Shown here: one piece after another, positions 24,440-38,259 of the stretch | Layout: each line of letters starts with the position of its first letter | Position numbering within the stretch: position 1 is the stretch's first letter | Origin: Camelus dromedarius | Lineage: Eukaryota | NCBI RefSeq assembly: GCF_036321535.1 | Contig: NC_087437.1 | Location: 68,698,001 to 68,762,000 of the forward strand | Length of the DNA stretch: 64,000 bases | Direction of reading: 5' to 3' | Notes under the pieces: generated by a model | Databases searched by the model: none | The model's input: the letters and a program-made list of their open reading frames with translations, nothing else | What the model was told of the DNA's origin: nothing | Made by a program: the position numbers and the translations under genes

Positions 24440-25012
24440 GTTAATAATCTCCAATTTTTCTCCTTGCTTACTGTCTCTTCTCCCTCCGATCCAAATAATT
24501 CTATCTATTTTCATCCAATTTATCTTTCTAAAGTGTATTTCTAAACATACTAATCTCTTACTCAAAAGCTTTAAGATTTCCAATTCCCTTCAAATAATAA
24601 CTTCACAATACTACCAACTCCTTCCCCCAGAACTCAGCTGCCCTATATTTCAATCAAATGCAATTGCTCTGCACCAGTGTGCCCAGAACTTCCCCACAGC
24701 CAGTTATCTGTACACACATATCCTTTAATGGGGTCTTATCCTTCCCGCAACCCACACTTCTCTTCCCATATTACCCTACATGCCACTTCTCTCAAAAACC
24801 TTTATTCTTTATGCTTCCGCTCAGTCCTTCTGGCACTTTGTTCTGATGGCACTTAAATCACCCTCCCTTAATTTATTTAGCTTTAGATCTTAAGTTGTTC
24901 TGGTGCCATCCTACTTGATGGTAGGTAGGTTCATTCCTGGAGGAAAGAGGTGAAGCTTCACAGAGCGCTTTGCCTTTGGAAGGTGCCCAATAAATATTTG
25001 TGTAATTGAAGT
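24440..25012 (+). mobile_element. L2 LINE 3' fragment
   Basis: Pyrimidine-rich L2 body ending cagagcgctttgcc...aggtgcccaataaatatttg. Confidence 0.55.
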
Positions 25013-25459
25013 AAATGTACAGAGTACGTATATGTTTTACTGAAACTTCCTGGATTTTTGGAACATAAATTTATCCCATGAAGAGTGCCAGATTTTTCTG
25101 GGCCAAATAATGACAGCAGACTCTGGTTAAAAGAGATGAAGCAAAGTCAGCCAAAGAATCTGTTCAAAATCTGTTTGAGTGACACAATCCACCATGTCCC
25201 ATGCTGCTCATTACACCTTAGGGATCTATATTTTCCATAGAAATTGATTTCTGCAAGGAGAAAGAAGGATTTGAGTCAGTTTACCAATTTGCTCTCATCC
25301 AAAATAATACCTATTTGTATTGGTTTATCTTCACAATTCCCTTGGCACAAATAACCTCCATTAGACAATGTCAACTGGAGTGACATTTAACATACTTAGG
25401 AGCCCTGCAGGCTAGCAAATAAGCGCAGCGGGATTTGCCAGACTATGTGAGGCATTGTT

Positions 25460-25690
25460 GGAGACAGTGTGGTATATCAGAAGGAGCGTTAGTTAAGAAT
25501 CTGATAGACATGAATTGAAATGTTAATTGTGCCTCTTGTAAGCAGTGTGAGTTTGGGCAAATTACTTCATCTTCCTAAGTCTCAGCTTTGTCATCTATAA
25601 AATGCGGTGAGTAATATATAATTGTCGAGACTGCTGTGGAAATAAGGTAGCGACAGTGTACTCAAAGTGGCTAATACCATTGCTGGACCT
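25460..25690 (+). mobile_element. MIR SINE
   Basis: gtgtgagtttgggcaaattacttcatcttcctaagtctcagctttgtcatctataaaatg. Confidence 0.8.
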
Positions 25691-25699
25691 CAGCTTGTC

Positions 25700-25965
25700 T
25701 TGCTTTTTCTGGGAGTCTTCCCTGGCCCTCCAACTATTTTAGGTCGCCTTATATTCTGTTTTCCTAGCACACTGTATTTTCACTTGAAAACTTTTATCAG
25801 AATTTATTTACACAGTGATTATTTAATTATTTGCTCTCTGTGATCTCTGTGAGACTGGTCCCATGTGATGAACAGCCACCTGTTACAACCAGTATTTATC
25901 ATAATGCTTAACACAGTTCATGATCAAAAATGTTCATTATAATGAATATGTTAATAAGTGAATGA
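25700..25965 (+). mobile_element. L2 3' end
   Basis: tctgggagtcttccctggccc...aatgcttaacacag...tcaaaaatgttc...gtgaatga. Confidence 0.55.
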
Positions 25966-28900
25966 TAATTTCCTTTTTTCACCTGTATACATGGTGAGAA
26001 TATAGGGGAGAATGGCTGAAGTCCTTTTTTCAAACACAAAGCAGAATTTGCATATTCTAATGAGTCTGACCCCTTCATATAGCTTCCTATTTTGACACTA
26101 TATGCATATTTTCATGACACTGATACAGCTCTAACAATTATTGAAGGGTCTCTTAAGGTCATACCATAAAACTTCAGTCCCCATTATGCCCGTATCATCA
26201 AAAGTGGTGAACCTGTCTTTTAAGAGTAGATTTTACTTTTGAGAACTGATGAATATAATTTGGGATCAACTGTAACAAATTAAGCAGTTTTATTTTTCAC
26301 CTGAAACAAATTTTGACAAAGCATTAATAAAACTACTCTTCTATGGTCATAAATTTAAAGACTTATTCCAAAGACTTTCACATATGAGTAAGGAAAGACT
26401 CGATCTCTCGGAGTATACGTCGTGAAGGGAAGTGCTCTTCGGAAGGGCTGTTTGGTTTATTTGTGAAACACGCACACATGCACAGAAATACACACACAGA
26501 CACGCATGCACCCAAGCAGATGCACATGCACAGTAACGGCAATCTCACTCCTGCCTCCTCTGAAAATTACACTCTTCTTTAAAGTCATGCTTGATATGAG
26601 TTCCATTTAAAACTCATTTCCCACAGATTTTTCTAAGGAGTATGACAAGAATAGTAAATGTCTCTCACTGAATAAAACACAATACACATTTAATAACATT
26701 ACAGATAGCCTCTTCCCCGCCCTCCCGCTGGTCCTACACAGCTTCCTTAAGAATTGAATTTTATGTTAGAAATGTGATCTAAACAAGCTTTGTCCTTAAA
26801 TTAATTTTGTATATAATACAGAGTAGGAAATTCTGGTTAGAATCACCCAACCAGTATAAATATACATATGATTTTTACAGTCTCTAAGTGAATTCCTGTG
26901 ACACTGTGTTATTAGGATTACAGTTTGTATTTTTAAGATGGTCACCATAAGCTGAAAGTCAGAGAAATGTCAACACTGTCTGGAGCCTCTTCTGCAGTCC
27001 GTTTGTGCTGTATGTCCAAAAGGAATGTTTCTATAGTATAAATGCACAGTGCTCTCAGGTCAGTGGTATTCCACTGACAGCTATGTTTATAACTTTGGTG
27101 ACAACTACAGTATGGAACCCGAACAGAACAAAGTGGGTTACAAAGGTGGGATCGAGGCAAGGGCAATGGAAGAAAGATGCTGGGAATTGGGGGCTGATGC
27201 GAAAGTTGTGTGCAGTCTGCCGTAAAGTTCTTCCCTCTCCTCAAGGAAGCTTATTTCCTAGATGCGGTCATTGGCAACCCCTAGGATTATGGGGTTTGAT
27301 TTGCAGAGTGATTTCCGAATAACTGGGTGCCTTACCCAATTAAACGTCTCTCTTGGCAAATTTAAGTTAGGTGAGGACTGAACTATGATTTGTGTTAATT
27401 AATCCTCAAAAGAAGATATCACTCTGGGCCTCTGAGCAGTTAACTACCATCTTTGAAAGAACACGCTGAGGAGTGTCTTGCTTAGGCTTCCTCTGCCGGG
27501 TGAAGTTTGGAGAAAAATGACATTCTACTGGGTTTCCTTTTTGTTTACCTGAACTTATTTATTTTACCTTTTTTTAAAAGCAAGCACATTGGCTGAGACA
27601 TTTAAAATACAAAATGGTAATTAAGAGTGTTTGAGGCAGCTCCAGCTGGCTTTGGAATAGCTCCCAATAGGTAGGCTGACATTTCCGCCCTCTGAGAATC
27701 CCTGCTCGGCTGCAGCTTAGAGCAACCAACCTTGATTTCACCCACCATTTGATTAAACAACAGAGAAACTGCACATAGTAAAAGTCACTTCTCCTGGGCC
27801 AGCTTAAACTGACAGCAAATGCAAGACAAGAAAGTGACAGAAAAGGGGATTATGAATCAGTACAAAAGCAACTTATCAAATGGCATTCCTCAGAGTGAGC
27901 GTCTAGGTGGTCAGTCAGCCTTCCAAAGGTGGAAATGGCAGAGTATCTGGAGGGCCATTTGGAGCACAGCTTAATTTCCATGTAGAATCATGCCCAAGTA
28001 AGGACTGAGATAAACAGCCACCTGTCTGCCGAGCTTTAGGTAGGTACAGTTTACATGGTGACTGCAAGCCCAAGGCATTGGTGGGACGAGATGACAAAAT
28101 ACTATGTAAGAAATGGTTTCTGCCTCCTGGGATTTACAAGGTATTTGAGAAGACAAAAATTGTTCACCTAGAACTACTAAATAAACTTGACAGGTGATGT
28201 ATGATTAACTATCAAAGGGAGTATGTCTGTACATATATATTTATGCCTATACAAAAATGAGCATATATTTAATACATATTAAAATGAGTGTGTGTGTTTG
28301 TGCGTGTGTGTATACATATATGCCTATCCCATATCTGTAGGGAATAAATAAGAAATGGATAATGACCCTGGGGAGTAATATTTTGTTAAATCTACCACTG
28401 TCTAGCTAAGTGTAGACAAAGAGCAACTTCTGGAATCTCTGTTTTCTTTCCTGTATGATTGATGGGGCCTTGCCCTATGAGTCCTCTAAGGTCTGTTCCA
28501 GGTTACACAGGCATGTGAAACATCAAATTTGTGATTGAGGGGATGTTATTGAATTTGGAGAGGTCCAGAATGTCATAGGGAAAGTGGGAAGATTGCCTGG
28601 AGTTTAGGAGAGTAGCCTCTACTGGATCTTGACTTTGGATTAAGTGTCTAGAGTCCAGGGATTTAGGGCCAGTTTTCCTACAAGATAGTCTAATGACAAT
28701 AGCAGATCACTTTCCCTTTCTGGATTTCAATTTGCCCACCTGTAAGATGAGAGCTTTGGACACGGCCATCTCTACATGTGTTCTGTCTCCTGTGATGCTT
28801 TGATTGGGCGTGTCAGTTCCCATTTATCTTACCTGCATCCTCCTCACTGCAGTGGAAGCCTCTAGCAGTGCCTCCTCTTCACTGCATACCGCCAGGCTGA

Positions 28901-30269
28901 GGCCAGCTTCAGGGCCTTTATTGTACAGTAAGTTTTCTAGAGATCAAGTGCTGGGCTTGCCTCTTCCTTATTACCCAGCTATTTACGCACGTCCTGTTTC
29001 TCATTTCCAGCAGTGATCTTTCCTTCTTGTTACTTTATTTGTTCTTCATTTCTCTACAACTAATGTCTCCCTTAGACTTCTTTTCTTTTTCTTTCATACC
29101 ATTTTTTTCCTCTAAAGTCTTCTCAAAGGAGTAAAGGATATAATATTTAAAATATTTTAGAATATTAATTATAAAGCATGACAGTAACAGTAACTCCTTT
29201 TTCATCTTTGTCTATGTGGGTAAATATCTCAACACACATTGGTGAATACTGCACATTAGATGTGAACTGCTGGAAAGATGATCCTTCATGCCAATAAACA
29301 GCCTTCCTAAATGTACTAACCACAGGTTGGTATTTATAAATACTACACAGTATTTAATTAACCTATTCATACTTGAAACTGGCACGTTCCATAAACAGTT
29401 TGGTTGTATTAGTACAAGATGTTTAAGGAACTTTGTGCTAATTATATTGCACATCTATGAAGGCTAAAGCAGCTGAAATCTTTGCTTTTACATATAATAT
29501 CCTTCCTTTGTTGTATGATAATTACATAGAAAATATAGATTGGTCATATAGTTCTCTCCATTGTGGAAAGGAAATTTTCTTTTTTTTTAATATTTTAAGT
29601 CACATGGCATATTTCTGGAGAGTCAACATAGCATTTGCAGTCAACAGCCATGGAAAACCATGCCTTTTGATTTCCTTAAATCTGCCTTCCATCATTCTTA
29701 TTGCCTTGATTTGCTCCCATCACTCATTTTGTTACCCTGGCCACATCCAGAGACTTTTGTCTCTATTTCTGGACGTCATGGCCTTTCCTTTCATTAGATT
29801 CTTCTTCTTGATTCTTTCCTTACCCTGGTGTATACATATTCCCCAGCTCTTTGTCATATTGTATCAGCACCTTTAAATTTTCCTGTGCTGACTTTCTCTC
29901 CTTCACCACTAACTGGGAAATCTCTGAATCATCTATTAATCTGACAGTCAGTCTATTAATTTATTGATCTACCTATTCAACATGCATTCATCCATTCATC
30001 CATCCATCTATCCATCTACACATCCAGTAAACTTATCCATTCAAAATTAAAACTGTAATTTTTATGTTGGTGGTTCCCAAATATCCCACTAATCTTGTAT
30101 CGTATTTTCTCTGTAAGATATAATCACTAGGAAGCTTGTCTAATTTTTAAATCTTACTGTGCCTAAAACCAAATTTAATTTTCATTTAAATAACTTAATC
30201 AGATATCAATTGCACATCATTTTTAAAAGAGGATTTGAGATGGTTTTATAGATGTACATACAATACCAT

Positions 30270-30900
30270 CGTAGTTGCCATTGGAGCAAATTGGTCAACC
30301 TGAATGGAGAGCAATTTAGCAGTAGTTATCAAAAACACAAATGCACATATCCGTCATCCATAAATTCCTCTTCTAAGAATCTGTCCTAGGAATATACTTA
30401 CACATGTGCTAAATGATATAAATGTACTCCCCTGGTATTTTCTGTAATGGCATTGAAACCAACTTAAACATGCTACAGTAGAAGATTGGTTAAAAAATCA
30501 TTTTCATCCATAGTGGGGTATCATTCAGCCATGGAAAATATTGAAGAGGCCACATACTGATATGGAACAACCTTCAACGTGGATTAAGTAAATTGGGAAT
30601 CATATGTAACACTTTGGGGAGAGGAGAGAAGGGCCAGGTAGTTAGACAGGCAGATCATAAATAATTTTATTGATCTTTATGAGTTTACCTTTATGTCCCC
30701 TGAGATACTATGTATCTCTAGGAAGATTTTCAGGGAACTGATTGTTTCGGTTGAGTTCAGGAGAGACCTGGATGACTGCAAGGCAGAGGTGAGAAGGAGA
30801 CTTCTGACCGTATACCCTTCTGACCTATTAGATTTTGATTCATGCAGCTGTACCATTTCTTCAAAGACTAGTAATGGAAATAAATAAATGATACCACAGA
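30270..30900 (+). mobile_element. Old L1 3' fragment (L1ME-type)
   Basis: ggagagcaatttagcagtagttatcaaaa...aattcctcttctaagaatctgtccta...aaaccaacttaaacatgc. Confidence 0.75.
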
Positions 30901-31399
30901 AATAGGAAAAGGAATTGGAACAATGGGAAATAAATGTAGAAAAATATGCCATGATAATAATATAAAGACAGTGGTGAGGCCAATACACAAAATTTTGACG
31001 TTCTCCTTTTCTTTAAATTAATTAATTAACTTATTTACTTATTTATTTTATACCTTATTCTTAGTTCTGTCTTATTTTCTCTTAGGCAGACTAGACACTT
31101 TGAGTTTGATGCCTTGTATGATACATAGTTTCCATTTTTAAAAAAAGCACAGGTAAGGTCTAGACACACAAAAGCCCTTGCAAATGATGTGCTGTGTAAG
31201 GTTTTGTACCAGACCCTCAAAAAATGCCTAAAATGCACGAAATTCTCAAATTCACGGGGCTAATTCTTATAAAGCCTCTCAAAATAGTCCAAAAGCATAA
31301 TGCCCAGTTCAATTCAATAAAGCAAATCTTTGAGATGCTACAAAATGGGATACAGATTCACAATTCAGTAATAATTTTGAGTAACACAAGGAGAAATTT

Positions 31400-31660
31400 A
31401 GAAATGTTTTTCAAATTGTGGATTAACACCCTTTAGTGAGTCTTAAAGTTAACTTAGTGAGTCACAACCAGTACCTTAGAAAAAAGAAGGAACTAGAAAA
31501 GCATGTAATATAAAAGACTATCAGGTTTCATGGCATTCAGTGAGGGAGTCTTCATGAAATGTGTGTGTGCATACATGTGTATATGAATGTCTGCATATGT
31601 GATGATTATGTAGGGTTTTTTCCTTATTGTGAGCTACAGAAACATCTGAAAGTGACTGAT
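31400..31660. mobile_element. hAT-Charlie-type MITE remnant
   Basis: tgtttttcaaattgtgg ... ctgaaagtgactg, degenerate terminal repeats. Confidence 0.4.
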
Positions 31661-31744
31661 TTAGAGAGAGAGGAGTGCATTGCATATTTTTTCAGGTTTT
31701 TATGTATAGAAATGAATAGACAATTTGAGGTTTGTAGGCCAATA

Positions 31745-31970
31745 ATAGCAGCATGTATTGAACACATATTATCTTAAATAGACCTTATGTTATGCATTTC
31801 ACAGACAAGATCTAATTTATTTTTACAATAGTACCATGGGATAGGAGCTATGAGTGGTAACAACTATTTTGCAATTCGAAAAGCTCAGGATAAGAGAATC
31901 TCAGTAACTTGCCAAAATTCTCAAAGTTTGCACTTGGAAGAGTCAACTCAAGCCTAGGTAAGCTGACTTG
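31745..31970 (-). mobile_element. MIR SINE
   Basis: tattgaacacatattat...agctcagga...agtaacttgccaaaa...actcaagcctaggt. Confidence 0.6.
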
Positions 31971-32044
31971 TTTTGAACTGTTATCCTATAAAGTTTTTAG
32001 TGCAGACGTATTCTGCATAATGCATTAAGGGCCAGTTTTAATGT

Positions 32045-32207
32045 TTTTTTTAAATTATTTGCAATTTTTAAAAAGTTTTTTTGGGGGGCGGTGGGAGGTA
32101 ATTAGGTTTGTTTGTTTATTTTTTTAATAGAGGTACTGGGGATTGAACCAAGGACCTTGTGAAAACAAAGCATTCATTCTACCACTGAGCTATACCTTCC
32201 CCTCCCC
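32045..32207 (-). mobile_element. Vic-1-like SINE
   Basis: gggaggtaattaggtttgtttg...agaggtactggggattgaacc...ctaccactgagctataccttcccc. Confidence 0.92.
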
Positions 32208-32477
32208 AGTGTTGTAAACTTTGTCGCTTATACTAGTGTTTGAGGCCTCTACTGATTCTTGCCCTGCAGTGTTCAGATCACCCCTTCCCAGCAAGAGTTC
32301 ATGGTGCTAATTTCGTGTTTGAACTACCGAGGATTCTTTTTCTCCAGCCTCTCTCTCTTCTGATCCAGCTCGAGTGTTAACAACAGAGTGTCTTTCTCTA
32401 AAGTCATTGTCATGCTGTCACTCCCTTGTAATAGCATCAAATGTCTTAATTGCCCTTTTATCAAATCAAAATGCCAT

Positions 32478-32635
32478 GGGAAAGTTGCTTAATTTCCTTG
32501 CACGCAGTTTGCTCCTCTGTAAACAAGGATGATGCTATTTTACAGTGTTGAAAGGATCAGAAGAGATACTGTGAAAACAGTGACTATACTGCCTGGGAAA
32601 TGGTACGGCCCCAGCAAATGGGAACTATTTTTACT
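32478..32635 (+). mobile_element. MIR SINE
   Basis: gggaaagttgcttaatttcc...cagtttgctcctctgtaaacaaggatgat...actgcctgg. Confidence 0.7.
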
Positions 32636-35600
32636 AATAGAATTGAATATAATGTATATTCAATAATAATTTATTTGACAAGTATTTAGGTACCAAATTC
32701 TTAGTGATTAGGGACCTATTCTTAGAGGTTTATTAGCCTAAATGTGCTTCGAGACAGGCCCTCTACACCTTTCTCCTTCTTCCTACCTTTTTTGGTTTTC
32801 ATCTCCAAATCTATTAGCTAACCTCCCAGTCTGAATTTATAATTCTTGACTTTGATCTTTGAAATGTGTAGTCTGGCCTGTTCTCTTCACTCTGAGGCAT
32901 GGTTCACTTTATGTAAAATTCTACCCAGAACTCAAGGCCTTCACAAAACTTCCCAGTTAATAACAATTCCTCCAGTAATCATAGCAGTTTCACTGCATAT
33001 GCCTGTGTGTAGTTGGGCTTAGCTCTAATTTTATCCCCACATGCTGAAAGCCATGAAAGTATCCCATGTGCCATACAGTTCACAGAAGATTACCCAGCTC
33101 TTAAATGAGATTTGAAGTTCCCAGAGAAGGGTCATGTTTATTAGTTATTTATACCTTTTTTATGGGATTCTATCCAGTTTTCTGTACAGCCAAGCTATCC
33201 TTCATAATTTTCAAGCCCTTTGGTATTTTTGTAATGTTCCTTCTTGAGAAGTTTACAAACGATATCACAAAATCCCATTTCCCTTATGGACCACCAACAA
33301 GGACTCTAATTTTATTTTCAGATGATATATTCTTATATTCTTCCTTGAACTCCTTTACCACTTTATACCACCCTAAAAATTATGCTTTTTTCCCCTTCTC
33401 TTGCAAGGGAATGACATAAAATAGCATGACATTTTTATTGATTGTATTGATATATAGTCTAATTTTCATTATTTGGTATTTTGTGATCACTTGAAGAAGC
33501 TGGGCCAAAAGGTTGTGTTGGCAGCATCAATCTCAAGAGGCTTCAGTAATATTATCTTGGCTCAGAAAGAATATCATGTTTATTGATTATTTCTCTAAGC
33601 AAAAGAAAGTCTTTATTGAATAGTGTACACTTTCAATGTTGCATTTCATATTTGTAGGATAAAACAGGTTCTATGCAAAATAAATCTGGCAAGATCAGCT
33701 TGGCCCTGTCCTGTTCCATAAACCTCAGCTCATGTAAAGCTACCAGAATGATTTTTCAATATTCAGTTTCTCAGTGGAGCAAATAGTTAAGACATGCATT
33801 AGCCTTTCTCTTAAAAAAAAAAAAAGGCATTCGTGTTTGCCTCTTCACACATGATATTGGCTAGATACTCAGTTTGCTTCAGATTTTCCCCATCTTTTCC
33901 ATGTCCCTGCATTATCTCCAAAGTCAGTGAGAGTTTAGTGCATGGAAGAGTCACAGCAGTCTAGATTAGAACCCAAATCTATTTGATAAAAAAAAAATGT
34001 CCAAGCAAGGTATTTTTTTAAACTATGAGGCTTAATTTTACCACCTTCTCTCAGGCAGCACTCCCCTTGAGATCAGTGGGAAGGTGGCTCAATTGAAGAG
34101 TGTAAAATCCAATCCAACCAGCATGTGGAAATAACTTTACCTGTTATCCCTGCACTGACACTGAAGTCTAGCTCCTTCCAGTCTGGATGAGGACACATAC
34201 CAACACTGCACAACAGGTGAAGGAAAGAAACAGTACTATTTTCACTTGTTGTTCAGTATGTTTTGTACTTTGGGCTGTAACGTGCCCAGGGAGGTTTGTT
34301 CCTTCTCAACACGATATAAAATCGAAAATAAATATGTTGGAATGCAATTTGCTAAAGGCAAAATGTACTGTTAGAATGCATTATTCTAGCATTATCATTT
34401 ATATGTAGTTTATATGTAATATCTTAGACTATTTTAGGTGCAGCCGATTTGTACATTTAAATTCAAAAGCAGTAATTATTTTCTGTTCAAGACTAAGAAA
34501 TTCTGCAGCAGCCACTGATGATTCCACAATTTTTTGCATATTTATAAATATATATATATTTCAGTATATTTTAAAAGGTCCATCGCCTTACAGTGGGAGA
34601 ACACCCCAGGCAGGAAGGAACCAGTGATCACAGCTGTCTTGTCTCTCCTCCAGGGGTTTCCCTTCTCTGTCTGTTTCAGCCTCAGCCTCATCAGCTGCTG
34701 GGGAAGGGAGGGAAGGGGAGTGAATGCTACCCAGCTGAGATGGCAGCTGCTGTCACCTCGCCTGTGCCCTCCAGCTTTCTAATCACAAGGTGGAAGATTT
34801 TCAAGGGGAAGTTTACTTAAAAAAAAAAAAAAAAAGTAGAAGGGAAACAAAGCAAAGCCCCGAGTTAAAGAAATAAACATAAAGAAACAGACATATTTTC
34901 CAGAGAAAAGCTCATTTAAGTCCTGAAGTCTGTCCACAGAGTGGCACTGCTGGTGGTGACCTGGGCACAAGAAGCCACGCCTCTGTCTGCACTGAGGTTT
35001 CTCTCTGACCAGCTGCATAGACTTTATCTCTAAGTCCTTTTCTCTTGACCTCTGTTTGATCTGGAATGTTTCTGAGAACCCTCTTGGTCCTATGCTTTTT
35101 TTTTTCCCCCTAACATGGGGACCTTGAATATTCTGCATTAACTCAAAGAATTTAAGTTACTTCCACTTGCTTTTACTTTCTCCTTAGATACCCAGCAGCT
35201 CCTGTGGGTCTTGGCTCAGAAGGAGAAGAGAACAATCCTTTCTGGTCCACAGTGCTTTCTCCCTAGGCTTTATGAAATTGAGTGTGGGACTAGCCTTTAT
35301 TTTGCCAGATAATCTCAGAGTGCCTCAAATTCTTGAATTGTTTTTGACTCACTTAGGATTTCCTGTCCAGTTCTTCTGAAGCAAGTTTATGATCCGATAG
35401 GTAAATTGGGTTTAATCCATAGCATCAACTCCGTTTCCTCATCTGAGCTTGTCAGCAGTCACCTGACTTTATTGTCGGGAATCACAGTCCTAGCTTCTGT
35501 CATAGCTGCTGCTTATATCGAAATTTGTACAAACTCTTGGGTCATTTGTCAAGGTCTTTATTCTTTCCTGAGAAATGCTTCTGACTGTGACCACTGGCAG

Positions 35601-37237
35601 ATTCTCTCAGTGGCCCATTTAAGCCTCTCTCCTAGAGGTGACTCACTATAATTCATAGCTTTAAAAAGAACAAATAAGAAAGAGTGTGACTCTAAAACTC
35701 ATCTTTTCTTTTTAGATTAAATTGTAACCTGGTGAAACATGAGACTTAGAAAGTGGAAAACTCAATGCAAATGTGAAATGTAGATTTTATAAGGCAATTA
35801 ATTACAGTTATAGACAGATTCTGACACACAGAATAGAATCTCACCCTAAGTACATGGGCCCTTTGTGTATAAGGACTCACTGTTTTGCTTGTAGAAAGAC
35901 TTCTTGTTTTAATGTCCTTATTTTTGTCCACATATAAGGTGGACAAATGTTAGGCTTAAAGATCTTGGAATGGTATTTTAGTTAATCCAGTCCTTCCTAA
36001 TCTATATTCAATTTCTACAAATTCTATTGTTGTTGTTGTTGTTATTTTCATCCTAAAGATTTCTCTTCTCAATCCTTTTAACTTTAGCCCTCTTGATATT
36101 AGTCGCAGGTCTTCTTGAAGCCTCCTGGACATTTTTCCTGACCTTACTTTATTCCCTGTTTTATTCCTTGTACTTACAGTCTCCAGTTTTATCTTTTAAA
36201 ACATTGCTTTTATATTATTTAGTCATCTCCATACCCCAGAGAATTACTTTCAAATTATTTTCAAAGTACTTCAACTTTGCCTTCATTATGTTTCTTGATG
36301 TCAAGTTACAGTATTAGATTCTCCATAATCTGGAACAAAACACCTTTCCAGTTTCACCTCCCATAGTTTCCTTTATCAGACACCTTTTATATTTCTTTCA
36401 TATTCACCATTCCTCATCGATATAGTGAATTTTTCTACCTTTGCTGCCATTGTTTCTCCTAACATACATACATCCCCATTCTCAACTACACAAATCCTGC
36501 ACCAGCTAGAAGGATGAAGATCTGACCATACTCTTCTTTGTATTGCATGTGCTTAGCAGAGTGTATGCATGCAGTAGGTTATCAAAATAAGAATAAAATA
36601 ATGCATGAACCAAAAATTAGTATGAATATTCTCTTGGCTCCTTAACTGCTCCCTGAAAATATCATTTTTGTCTCTTGGTCATTTCTCAGGTTCTTATTTC
36701 ACGTGCTAAATATGACCTCCTTCCTCTGTCAACCTTCAGGGCTAACCCAAGACCCATCACTTTATAAAGCCTTTTCATACACTTCATCGTATTCCCTCCC
36801 TGATTTCTCATAACCAGCTGAGCCATACCACACAATCTGGCCCTTGATTATGCACCATCTTCTATGGTTCTTTAATTGTCTCAAAGTATGTAAATCTCAT
36901 CTCCCCAAGTTGACAACTCTGTACCTTCTCAAGGACAAGGCAGTGTCTTCTCTCTACCACACAAATCCATCCCAGTGCTAGGTCTACGGAGGGAAAGAGT
37001 TGTTGAGATGGCCCTCCAGCTGAATGAAGTCAACCTTCACAACTTTTAAAAATAGAATGTTGACCTTGCCAATTGAGAGTGGGGTGGCCAAAGCATAAAG
37101 ACTGTTTTTCCCTCCACAACAGAGAGGAGAAAAGCTCCAGGCTCTAGAGAGAGTGTGTCCTTGAAGTAACTGCTATTTGGCTCCTTTCAAAACTCCAATC
37201 GATCAGTATAGTCACAGGAGAACGTCTAAGGAAACCA

Positions 37238-37415
37238 TTGCAGTGTTGGGTTTTCTTCAGCTACATTAGAACATTTGGAGAACTTTTAAAAATGTAAAGT
37301 TCAAGCCTGTACTGGCTCATGGGAAAGTTTCTCACCTTGACCTCGGTTTCCTCTAATCTCAACTGTCCTGAATTTCCTTGTAAATGTGCAGCCCCAGGTT
37401 TCTATCACTGGGCTA
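37238..37415. mobile_element. MER5-like hAT MITE
   Basis: cagtgttggg...cattagaacatttggagaacttttaaaaat...gtgcagccccaggtttctatcactg. Confidence 0.55.
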
Positions 37416-37419
37416 GTCG

Positions 37420-37655
37420 TGGCAGCATTGTATGGTATCTGGGGCGTTGCCTCTGGAGTCCGACTGTCAGTTCAGCTTCTGTCTCCTTCAGGTAACAGCT
37501 GCGTACCCTTGGTCAAGTTACCTTACTTAAAAGCCCGTTTCTTCATTTGTAGAAAGGGGATATTAAGTGCCTTGTTATTGACAGATACAATTTAGGAGAA
37601 ATACTTTAAAACTGCCTGTCTTGTAGAGAGAATTAAATAAAGGTTAGCCATTTTT
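37420..37655 (+). mobile_element. MIR SINE
   Basis: ctctggagtccgactg...ccttggtcaagttacctta...gtttcttcatttgtagaaagggga. Confidence 0.75.
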
Positions 37656-37776
37656 TATTGCCTAAAATAGCCTTACGACCATTTTATGCAGTAAAAATAG
37701 CTAATCTTTATTTAACATAAATGTGCTTCTGTATATTCTATAGAAGGGTTGGTAAAATTACCACAGGACAGTTTTT

Positions 37777-37870
37777 AATGCTGTACACCAGAAATTGACA
37801 CACTATAAACTGACTATATGTCAATAAAAATATATTTAATAAAATAAATAAAATAAAAACAAAGTAAAAA
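37777..37870 (+). mobile_element. Very short L1 3' end with A-rich tail
   Basis: tgctgtacaccagaaattgacacactataaactgactatatgtcaataaaa followed by A-rich tail. Confidence 0.8.
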
Positions 37871-38259
37871 TAACAGATAAGGAAGGACCTTCTTAATTTT
37901 TTTATAAAAATAATAATATTTCTATCTTTAGCAAATCTAGTAGATTATGATCATTTTAATAGATTATAAAAATATGATAGGTTATGTTTTATCAGAAGAT
38001 AAAAATTACATGATTGATTTTTTTTTCTTTAGTTGGCTGAAAGCTTGGAATTAAAATGAATGATTACTCACTTTATTCACACTAACCTGGGAGGTCGATA
38101 TATTTAACTTCTCATTCACCTACATGAATTATAGCTTTATTACTTTTAATATAACAATCTTCTTCTCACTTGTCTCAAAAAATTTTTTTTAAATAGCTTA
38201 CCTTAAAAAAGGTAAATTGTTAAGTTAAATATTCTCAGCTTGTCAAAAGATAGCCATTT

